Positions 20,405-28,127 of a stretch of DNA of 64,000 bases are shown here, piece after piece (positions within the stretch are counted from its first letter, which is position 1; each line of letters begins with the position of its first letter). The translations under genes and the position numbers were made by a program. Source of the stretch: a virus. Below the pieces are notes generated by a model. That model saw nothing but the letters and a program-made list of their open reading frames with translations. It did not search any database and was not told the DNA's origin. Where the stretch lies: the IMG/VR virus record IMGVR_UViG_3300031774_000001. One strand, written 5' to 3'.

Positions 20405-20986
20405 ATGGAACTAATAATAAGTTTAGCAATTAAATTTTGGATGTGGTCAATAGTAATTTTAGTTATTATATTAGGATTAATTATCAATTTATTTGATAAG
20501 AAAAAACCAAAGTGTCATAATTTTAGTTATAAAACAATGCCAGTAATGAGACCCATACCAATAAGAACAAAAGGCAAAGGATTTTTTAAAGGAATACTTT
20601 TATGGTTACTCGGTGTTAGACATTGGGAAATTGTAGAAGATTTTAACTACGAAATAAATGACGTTAAATACGTTATACCAGCAGGTTTTAAATTTGATGG
20701 TGCAAGTATACCAAAATTCTTGCATACATTTTTATCACCAGTTGGAGTACTTTTAATGGGTGGATTGGTACACGATTATGCTTATAAGTATCAGACACTA
20801 TTAAAAATAAATAAGGCAGATACCCTTGGTATTATATCTCAAAAAAGAGCAGACGAAATCTTTAGAGATATTAATATTGGCGTAAATGGTTTCTATCTTA
20901 TGAACTACTTAGCATACTGGTCGTTAAGACTAGGTGGCTTTGTTGCGTGGAATAAACACCGTAAAGTCAACGCTAAGATTAAGTAA
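20405..20986 (+). CDS. DUF1353-family protein with N-terminal TM helix
   Basis: IPAGFKFDGASIP...LVHDYAY...ADEIF. Confidence 0.8.
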   Translation: MELIISLAIKFWMWSIVILVIILGLIINLFDKKKPKCHNFSYKTMPVMRPIPIRTKGKGFFKGILLWLLGVRHWEIVEDFNYEINDVKYVIPAGFKFDGASIPKFLHTFLSPVGVLLMGGLVHDYAYKYQTLLKINKADTLGIISQKRADEIFRDINIGVNGFYLMNYLAYWSLRLGGFVAWNKHRKVNAKIK

Positions 20987-21001
20987 AAAGGAGAAAAACT
21001 A

Positions 21002-21160
21002 ATGGAGTTTATAACAGGAAGAATTAAAGAACTAACATCTTTACACGGTGCAGTATTAATCGGTTTAGGTGTTGTGGTTTTATTTTTTAGTCCCATTGCT
21101 AAAATTGCGGCTTGGGCTGCAATTGCTTACGGCGCTTGGGCAATTTTAAAGAAAGACTAA
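21002..21160 (+). CDS. 52-aa two-TM protein, holin candidate (not in ORF track)
   Basis: AAGGAG RBS; two hydrophobic helices; charged C-terminus. Confidence 0.6.
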   Translation: MEFITGRIKELTSLHGAVLIGLGVVVLFFSPIAKIAAWAAIAYGAWAILKKD

Positions 21161-21164
21161 AACA

Positions 21165-21641
21165 ATGTTTGGCACAATGAAAATGGTAATGGTTGTAATA
21201 ATGATAGGCGGACTTGCTGGAGCAGGTATGTATGTTATGAAATTACGATCCGATAATGCCATTTTAAAAGCCAATCAAATTAAACTTGAAGAAGCGGTCA
21301 GCTCTCAAAAGGAGCTGATTGCTAAACAGCAAGAAGACTTTAAAGAAATTTTAAAAGCAAATAAAAAATTTAATGAGTTAGTGAACGCTCTTAAAAAAGA
21401 TATAGATGATTTAGATAATAGATTTAACAAAGGTGGAAGAGATTTTGGTAAACTTGCAATAGAAAAAACAGAAGCAATTGAAAGAATAGTTAATGGCGCA
21501 AGTGATAAAGCAATCAGATGTGTTGAGATAGCAGGTGGGTCACCACTTACAGAAGAAGAAATCAACGCAACAAAAAAATCAGAAATTAATAGAGAGTGTC
21601 CGTCAATAGCGAACCCAAATTATGTACCGTATAATAATTAG
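21165..21641 (+). CDS. inner-membrane spanin-like protein
   Basis: N-terminal TM helix, long coiled coil, C-terminal Cys residues. Confidence 0.6.
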   Translation: MFGTMKMVMVVIMIGGLAGAGMYVMKLRSDNAILKANQIKLEEAVSSQKELIAKQQEDFKEILKANKKFNELVNALKKDIDDLDNRFNKGGRDFGKLAIEKTEAIERIVNGASDKAIRCVEIAGGSPLTEEEINATKKSEINRECPSIANPNYVPYNN

Positions 21642-21996
21642 TATCATTGCTGTTTTAATACTTACTGGTTGTTCAATCGGTGAGAAACGACTTAAAATAT
21701 TTAAGTTAGAAGAACCTAGGCAGGAGTTAGACTTACAGAAACCTACAATGCCTGAACTAGAAAAGTTGAGATGGATTATTATTACTTCTGACAATGCAGA
21801 AGAAGTATTCCAAAAGATGGAAGCAGAAGGACTTGATCCAGTATTATTTGGATTAAGTGATAAAGACTTCCAATTAATTGCAAAAAACTTTGCTCAAATA
21901 AGAGCACATTTAAAACATACAAATGATTTACTTGAACAATATAAAGAATATTATGAACCAAGTGATGAGAAAAAAGAAGAAAAGGAGAGTGAATAA
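21622..21996 (+). CDS. outer-membrane spanin-like lipoprotein
   Basis: Lipobox LTGC; overlaps the i-spanin candidate. Confidence 0.6.
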   Translation: MYRIIISIIAVLILTGCSIGEKRLKIFKLEEPRQELDLQKPTMPELEKLRWIIITSDNAEEVFQKMEAEGLDPVLFGLSDKDFQLIAKNFAQIRAHLKHTNDLLEQYKEYYEPSDEKKEEKESE

Positions 21997-22208
21997 TGAC
22001 CGATTCATATAAAGGCGCAGACGGCAATGAAATATATTTTATAGACCATAGATATGACTCAAAATTAAAAAAAAGAGTTGCAGAAAAACGAACCCCTAGA
22101 GCTAAAACTGCTATCTATAATTTACAAGGTCTAGCTATGCAACCTGAAGTTAAAAAACAAGAGCAGAAAATTATAACAGCAGTTGAAGACAGTAAAAAAG
22201 GAAAGTAA
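21996..22208 (+). CDS. hypothetical protein
   Basis: ORF track; TAATG coupling. Confidence 0.6.
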   Translation: MTDSYKGADGNEIYFIDHRYDSKLKKRVAEKRTPRAKTAIYNLQGLAMQPEVKKQEQKIITAVEDSKKGK

Positions 22209-22211
22209 ACA

Positions 22212-23408
22212 ATGAAAATATTATGTATATTATATGATGACCCAAAAGACGGAATGCCAAAATCATATCCAGTCAAAGACTTACCAAAATTAGAAAAGTA
22301 TCCAGATGGTATGACATTACCATCTCCTAAAGGAAGAGATTTCAACGCAGGAGAATTATTAGGTTGTGTTTCTGGTGAATTAGGATTAAGAAAATTTTTA
22401 GAAGACGCAGGACATACTTTAGTAGTTACGTCTGATAAAGACGCTGATGGTTGTACAGCAGATAAAGAATTAGTTGACGCAGATGTAGTCATTTCACAAC
22501 CATTTTGGCCTTACTATCTAACAAGAAAAAGAATAGAGAGTGCTCCAAAATTAAAGATGGCAATTACAGCAGGAATTGGTTCTGACCACGTAGATTTACA
22601 AGCGGCTATGGATCATAAAGTTGATGTAGTTGAAGTAACTTATTGTAATAGTAGAAGTGTTGCGGAACATATTGTTATGATGATACTAGCACTAGTTAGA
22701 GATTATCACAATCAATATAAAATAGTTAACGAAGGTGGTTGGCATATCGCAGACGCAGTTAAACGTTCTTATGATGTAGAAGGTATGCATATAGGAACAA
22801 TTGCCGCTGGTAGAATTGGTTATGATATGTTAAGAAAAATGAAACCATTTGATGTACACTTACATTACTTTGATAGACATAGATTGCCAGAAGAAAAAGA
22901 AAAAGAATTAGGTTTAATCTATCACGAATCAGTAGAAGATATGGTTAAAGTTTGTGATGTAATTAATATAAGTTGTCCTTTACATCCTGAAACTGAACAT
23001 ATGTTTAATGATGATTTAATTAGTAAGTGTAAAAAAGGTGCTTACATAATTAATACAGCAAGAGGAAAGATTTGTGATAAGGATGCTATTGCAAGAGCAG
23101 TAGAGTCAGGACAATTAAGTGGCTACGCAGGTGATGTATGGTTTCCACAACCAGCACCTAACGACCACGTATGGAGAACAATGCCTCATCACGGTATGAC
23201 ACCACACACTTCAGGTACTTCACTATCAGCGCAGACTAGATATGCAGATGGTGTAAGAGAAATACTTGAATGCTTTTTTGATGGTTCAGAAATTAGAAAT
23301 CAATATCTAATTGTTAAAGATGGAGACCTTGCAGGTATGGGTGCTCACTCTTACTCAAAAGGAACTGCTACTGGTGGTTCAGAAGAGGCGGCAAAGTTTA
23401 GGAAGTAA
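22212..23408 (+). CDS. fdh: NAD-dependent formate dehydrogenase (metal-independent)
   Basis: Follows the Pseudomonas sp. 101-type FDH along its length: ISQPFWP, TAGIGSDH, AAGRIG, DRHR, NTARG, GDVWFPQPAP, MTPH.SG, SYSKG.ATGGSEEAAKF. Confidence 0.95.
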   Translation: MKILCILYDDPKDGMPKSYPVKDLPKLEKYPDGMTLPSPKGRDFNAGELLGCVSGELGLRKFLEDAGHTLVVTSDKDADGCTADKELVDADVVISQPFWPYYLTRKRIESAPKLKMAITAGIGSDHVDLQAAMDHKVDVVEVTYCNSRSVAEHIVMMILALVRDYHNQYKIVNEGGWHIADAVKRSYDVEGMHIGTIAAGRIGYDMLRKMKPFDVHLHYFDRHRLPEEKEKELGLIYHESVEDMVKVCDVINISCPLHPETEHMFNDDLISKCKKGAYIINTARGKICDKDAIARAVESGQLSGYAGDVWFPQPAPNDHVWRTMPHHGMTPHTSGTSLSAQTRYADGVREILECFFDGSEIRNQYLIVKDGDLAGMGAHSYSKGTATGGSEEAAKFRK

Positions 23409-23409
23409 A

Positions 23410-23574
23410 ATGGACGCAGATATATTATTAATGATAAGTAGATTATGGCCGATTTTTGTAGCATTTATATTATTAATAGTTACTTTAGCACAAGCACACT
23501 ATAGAATTAAAGTGTTGGAAGAAAAAGTTAAAGTAGCATTTGAACTTATTAATAAGTTAACAGACAGAAAATGA
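23410..23574 (+). CDS. small membrane protein
   Basis: One TM helix plus short coiled coil. Confidence 0.65.
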   Translation: MDADILLMISRLWPIFVAFILLIVTLAQAHYRIKVLEEKVKVAFELINKLTDRK

Positions 23575-23660
23575 AGACAGTATATACCTTAGCGGGTATT
23601 GTCGCAGTATTAGGAATTGTTATAGGTATAAGTGGTTATTTTATATTTCTACTTATTTAA
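23571..23660 (+). CDS. 29-aa TM peptide
   Basis: MKTVYTLAGIVAVLGIVIGISGYFIFLLI; ATGA overlap. Confidence 0.4.
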   Translation: MKTVYTLAGIVAVLGIVIGISGYFIFLLI

Positions 23661-25281
23661 TAGAATAACAATTAATCTTTTCTTTTTTACCTTTTACGGT
23701 ACAAATACCTAGTTTATAAAACTTAAAGTCTAAATCTTTTTTAGTATTTTGAGATATTACTATTGTAGTATTGAAATCTTTACTCTTACCTTCTAATCTA
23801 CTTGCCAAATTAACAGCGTCACCAATGACAGAATAATCAAAACGTTGTTCAGACCCCATATTACCTACAAGACACTCGCCAGTATTGATACCTATACCAA
23901 TGTTTAAAGGTGGGTCAAACTCTCTACTCTTATTCATTTTTCTAACTGTTTCTCTCATTTCGTATGCAGATAATACTGCTAGTTTTTTGTGTTGAGGTGT
24001 ATCAAGTGGTGCGTTCCAAAATGCCATTATACAATCGCCCATATACTTATCAATAGTACCACCATTTTTTAATATTATACCCGTCATTGCAGTTAAAAAT
24101 TTGTTAACATATCGGGTAAGTTTTTCTGGATTACCTTTCATAGATTCCGATATAGGAGTAAAGCCACGTATATCAGAAAATAAAAACGTCATTTCTTTTC
24201 TTTCACCACCAAGTTTTAATAGAGATGGATTCTTTTGTAGTTTCTTAACCATATCAGGAGATAGGTAGTGTTCAAATTGTTTCTTAATTTGTAGTCTTAA
24301 TTTATTTTCTTTTGCATAGTTTTGATACGTTAATTGACCCCATATAATAGAACCTATTACAAGAGGACTAAACCAATCAGTTATGATTAAGTGTTGTGTC
24401 CATAGATAAGAACTTGCAAGTGTTAAATCAAATAAGTATCCACCAAACCATATCGCAGACCATATCACACTACATCTAGGTATAACTATGAGAAAGAATA
24501 GAGCACCTAATATTATAAATGCTAATTCACTATGTGGTAACCAATAAGGTCTACTAATAAAATTACCTGACAATAAAGTTTCTGTACTGATTGCCATAAT
24601 TTCGTGTGTGTTCTTTAAACCATTCGGAGTAGTTACAAACGTTGAACCTTTGAACGTTGTACCTATGAAAACTATTTTACCTTTTACAGACGACCAATCT
24701 TTATCAGTAAAATCTATTCTAGGAATATGGTGTCTGAAATCTATCCAAATAGTATCTTCTGCTGATGTTTTTGCATTGATAACTTTTAAGATAACATCAG
24801 GTATGGATTTATCAAGTGGTAATTTTCTTATAGTACCATCTATATCAACTGGTACAGATACATTACCTATTGCAAGTGCTTTACGTGAAATACTTTGTAG
24901 ATTTTTTACTTCATCCGTTTCAGTAAGTATGACTGGATATTTTGAAATCATTTTTAAAAATACTTCATCACCACCTAATCTATCTTTATGTGGGAAGACT
25001 ACTTGAAGAACTACTAGAGCGGCACCATTTTTATATGCGTTAATTATAACACGACCAAGTAAATCTCTTTTCCACGGCCATTGTCCATTCTTTTTTAATG
25101 CTTTATCTGAAATGTCTATTAGAACTAAACTCCTTGATTCATAATTCTTACCAAATGATTGGTAGAAATCAAAGGTGTTTAGCTTTGCTGTCTGTAGCAG
25201 TACTGGATTTGATAAGTATATTCCTAGCAATATTATCAAAGTTAGATATACAGTCCACGATTTAGCCAATATTTTAATCAT
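23653..25281 (-). CDS. CHASE2-domain class III adenylate cyclase
   Basis: N-terminal TM; CHASE2 (LIDISD..L...GQWPWKR, DIDGTIR); 3 TMs; FSDIRGFT, DKYMGDCIMAFW, FDYSVIGDAVNLASRLE, VKGK. Confidence 0.93.
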   Translation of the reverse strand: MIKILAKSWTVYLTLIILLGIYLSNPVLLQTAKLNTFDFYQSFGKNYESRSLVLIDISDKALKKNGQWPWKRDLLGRVIINAYKNGAALVVLQVVFPHKDRLGGDEVFLKMISKYPVILTETDEVKNLQSISRKALAIGNVSVPVDIDGTIRKLPLDKSIPDVILKVINAKTSAEDTIWIDFRHHIPRIDFTDKDWSSVKGKIVFIGTTFKGSTFVTTPNGLKNTHEIMAISTETLLSGNFISRPYWLPHSELAFIILGALFFLIVIPRCSVIWSAIWFGGYLFDLTLASSYLWTQHLIITDWFSPLVIGSIIWGQLTYQNYAKENKLRLQIKKQFEHYLSPDMVKKLQKNPSLLKLGGERKEMTFLFSDIRGFTPISESMKGNPEKLTRYVNKFLTAMTGIILKNGGTIDKYMGDCIMAFWNAPLDTPQHKKLAVLSAYEMRETVRKMNKSREFDPPLNIGIGINTGECLVGNMGSEQRFDYSVIGDAVNLASRLEGKSKDFNTTIVISQNTKKDLDFKFYKLGICTVKGKKEKINCYSIK

Positions 25282-25287
25282 ATACTA

Positions 25288-25313
25288 TATTTAGTACAGA
25301 TATCTTATAAATA
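25288..25313. promoter_or_regulatory. back-to-back late promoters
   Basis: TATAAATA at 25306-25313 (+) and ACTAAATA read on the - strand toward the cyclase. Confidence 0.6.
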
Positions 25314-25337
25314 TATACATCAACGAGAGAGAGAAAA

Positions 25338-25796
25338 ATGAGATTAATTAGTTTTATTTTAGCAGTATTATTGTTCGTTCCTAGTGCCTACGCAAGTGAA
25401 TTGGGGTTTAAATTTCATAGTCCATCATTTTCAGGTCAAGGTAAGTCTTCACACTATCTAACGATAGAGAACATTGAAAAGACTAGGAAAGACGCCATAA
25501 AAGCAGCCGAAAAAGCGGCGGCAGATAAAGTAATAGCAGACGCTAAAAATACAGCAATAGCAAAATTCAAAGCAAATGTTGAATCAAGATTTTATACAGC
25601 ACTTGCTAAACAAATTACAGACAACGTTTTTGGTACAGATGGTCTACAACAAGACTCTGGAACATTTACATCACCTATTGGTGGTGAAGTTGTTGAGTGG
25701 ACAACACCATCAGGTACAGGTAATGTAGTTGTAACTGTTACAGAATCAGACGGAACTGTAACGACATTTACAATGCCTAAAGAGGATAACTCATAA
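25338..25796 (+). CDS. csgF: curli assembly protein CsgF-like
   Basis: Signal peptide, then SELGFKFHSPSFSG (CsgF N-terminal F.NP.FGG motif); C-terminal V.VT...G.VT. Confidence 0.85.
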   Translation: MRLISFILAVLLFVPSAYASELGFKFHSPSFSGQGKSSHYLTIENIEKTRKDAIKAAEKAAADKVIADAKNTAIAKFKANVESRFYTALAKQITDNVFGTDGLQQDSGTFTSPIGGEVVEWTTPSGTGNVVVTVTESDGTVTTFTMPKEDNS

Positions 25797-26965
25797 TGTT
25801 TAAATACATAGGAATATTCCTACTTTCTTTAATGTTAGTGGGTTGTGCAGGTAAGCCAAAGTTTGATGTAAGAACTCAAACAGTTGCTTATAAAGATTTG
25901 TCAGTTATATCAGCACCGAAAGGCGATCCTGTTATAATTGCTGTCTATGACTTTTTAGATATGACAGGTCAAAAGAAACCTGGAGGAAACTTTGCGTCTA
26001 TGAGTACAGCAGTAACTCAAGGTTCATATCAGTTGTTGATTAAAGCATTACAAGACGCAGGAGAAGGCAAATGGTTTAGAGTAGTAGAACGAGCAAGTTT
26101 GCCAAGTTTATTACAAGAAAGAAAATTAATACGTTCTACAAGACAATCAATTAATGGAGAAGGTGCAGAACCATTACCACCATTATTATTTGCAGGTGCA
26201 TATATAACAGGTGGTATTGTAGGATATGATAGTGATATTAAATCAGGTGGTTTAGGTGCTAGAATATTAGGTATTCAAAGCAACAAACAATTTAGACAAG
26301 ATATAGTTACTATTATATTAAGACTAGTTAATGTACAAACTGGTGAAGTAGTTATAACAACTACTGTTGAAAAGACTATTGTTTCAACAATGACAGGTGG
26401 AGATATATTTAAGTACTTTGATACTGATACAATGTTATTAGAAGTTGAAGCAGGATATGCTAAAAACGAACCAGTAACTTTTGCAGTAAGAAAAGCAATA
26501 GAAAAAGGTGTAGTAGATTTAATTAATCAAGGTGCAGAAAAAGGACTATGGGAGTTTGAACCAATAGTTGAAGTGCCTGAAATTAAAGACTACCTAGATG
26601 AAACTGGTACAAGTGATATTAAAGTTGATATGGGTGAAGTAAAACCAGAAAAAACATATGAAGATTTTAAGAAAGAAAAGAAAGCTAGAAAAGAATTAAA
26701 GAAAGCACAAAAACTTGAAGTAAAAAATTATAATAAAAAACACGGTACAAAATTTAAAACTTGGGACGAATATCAAGCACATTTAGCACACTTAATAGCA
26801 ATTGAAGCTAAAGAAGTAGAAAAAGAAAACCGTAAGAACGGTATACAAGAGAAAATAACTGAAGAAGAAGAGTGGAACCAAGTAGACAAAGATACAGAAA
26901 CAAAGGAGAATGCTGATGAAAAAGATAATGATAGCGATAGTGATTCTTCTGGCGACAACGATTAA
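25796..26965 (+). CDS. csgG: curli secretion channel CsgG-like lipoprotein with charged C-terminal extension
   Basis: Lipobox LVGC; AVYDFLDMTGQKK, STAVTQG, WFRVVER, LLQERKLIR, GGIVGYDSD, NEPV. Confidence 0.93.
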   Translation: MFKYIGIFLLSLMLVGCAGKPKFDVRTQTVAYKDLSVISAPKGDPVIIAVYDFLDMTGQKKPGGNFASMSTAVTQGSYQLLIKALQDAGEGKWFRVVERASLPSLLQERKLIRSTRQSINGEGAEPLPPLLFAGAYITGGIVGYDSDIKSGGLGARILGIQSNKQFRQDIVTIILRLVNVQTGEVVITTTVEKTIVSTMTGGDIFKYFDTDTMLLEVEAGYAKNEPVTFAVRKAIEKGVVDLINQGAEKGLWEFEPIVEVPEIKDYLDETGTSDIKVDMGEVKPEKTYEDFKKEKKARKELKKAQKLEVKNYNKKHGTKFKTWDEYQAHLAHLIAIEAKEVEKENRKNGIQEKITEEEEWNQVDKDTETKENADEKDNDSDSDSSGDND

Positions 26966-27992
26966 AAGTTTCGCAGGTAATTCGGTCTGGATTCAACAAA
27001 ATAACCAAGATAGCGACGGATCAGTCTTTATAAAACAAGATGGTACTGGTAATAAAGTAGGTATATCTACTTCAGCACCATTTGTAATAGATGGTGAGAA
27101 CTTAACACTTATTATCAGACAAATAGGTGACAATAATGTAACCTCAATGTCTTCACACCTTGAATTGTTTGGTGAAGATATGACTGTAGATTTATATATC
27201 AAAGGTGACGCTAACGTATTAAGATTAGAAGGTGATACAGATTCAACTGGTCATTGGTATGATTTTGATGTAACTGGCAATTCAAATACAATGAGAGTTG
27301 ATGGTAATGATGATGACAATACTCATAAGACTAATATTGATTTAGATATTGTTGGAGACTCAAATGAGTTTTGGTTAAAAAGTAGAGGTGATGGTCACTT
27401 CATCTATGTTCTTATGTCAGGTGATTCAAACCGAGTACATTTTTATACTCATACAGACTCAGCAGGTTTCAATACAAACTCTAACGTATCAATTGGTCCT
27501 AACGTTGCTTCACACGGACAGTTTGCAGACACTTCAGGAAGTGAAGGTGCAACACTTGACGCATACATAATAGGAAATTCAAACAGATTAGATAGTTCCT
27601 CATACGGCACAGGTAACTATCAAGTACACGACATTATAGGTAATTCAAATATTATAGACTTACACGCTTCTCATAGTGGCGACTATGATTTAGCTACAAT
27701 TAAAGGTAACAATAACTATTTAAAAACTGTTATCAATGGCAACAGTAATGTTTTAAGAATACATCAAGAAGGTGGTAGTAATACTGCTAGAATTTATGTT
27801 TATACTTCTGAAGCAGCTGTTAATATGGCACAAACAGGTGGTAGTAATACATCAAACATTACCATATCAGGTGATTCAATTTACGATTATACATTAAACT
27901 TTACACAAAACGGTTCAGATAATTGTACATATTCATTTAATAGAAACACACAAACAGCAGACGTAACAGCAACAGTAGCTAATGGGTGTTAA
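26910..27992 (+). CDS. secreted curlin-like repeat protein
   Basis: Signal peptide; about 12 imperfect Q/I-x-G-x-x-N repeats (QDGTGN, QIGDNN, IVGDSN, IIGNSN, QEGGSN, QTGGSN). Confidence 0.75.
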   Translation: MLMKKIMIAIVILLATTIKSFAGNSVWIQQNNQDSDGSVFIKQDGTGNKVGISTSAPFVIDGENLTLIIRQIGDNNVTSMSSHLELFGEDMTVDLYIKGDANVLRLEGDTDSTGHWYDFDVTGNSNTMRVDGNDDDNTHKTNIDLDIVGDSNEFWLKSRGDGHFIYVLMSGDSNRVHFYTHTDSAGFNTNSNVSIGPNVASHGQFADTSGSEGATLDAYIIGNSNRLDSSSYGTGNYQVHDIIGNSNIIDLHASHSGDYDLATIKGNNNYLKTVINGNSNVLRIHQEGGSNTARIYVYTSEAAVNMAQTGGSNTSNITISGDSIYDYTLNFTQNGSDNCTYSFNRNTQTADVTATVANGC

Positions 27993-28127
27993 ATGAAAGC
28001 ATTTTTAACTTTCATTTTAATATTCGGTGGTATATGTTTAGCAAGTGGTATAATATGTACTATAATATCCTTATACTGGCCAGAAAAATGGAAAAGAAAG
28101 AAAAAAGAAGTTAAATTTAAAAGATGA
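27993..28127 (+). CDS. 44-aa TM protein with basic tail (not in ORF track)
   Basis: MKAFLTFILIFGGICL...KRKKKEVKFKR; coupled to both neighbours. Confidence 0.55.
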   Translation: MKAFLTFILIFGGICLASGIICTIISLYWPEKWKRKKKEVKFKR

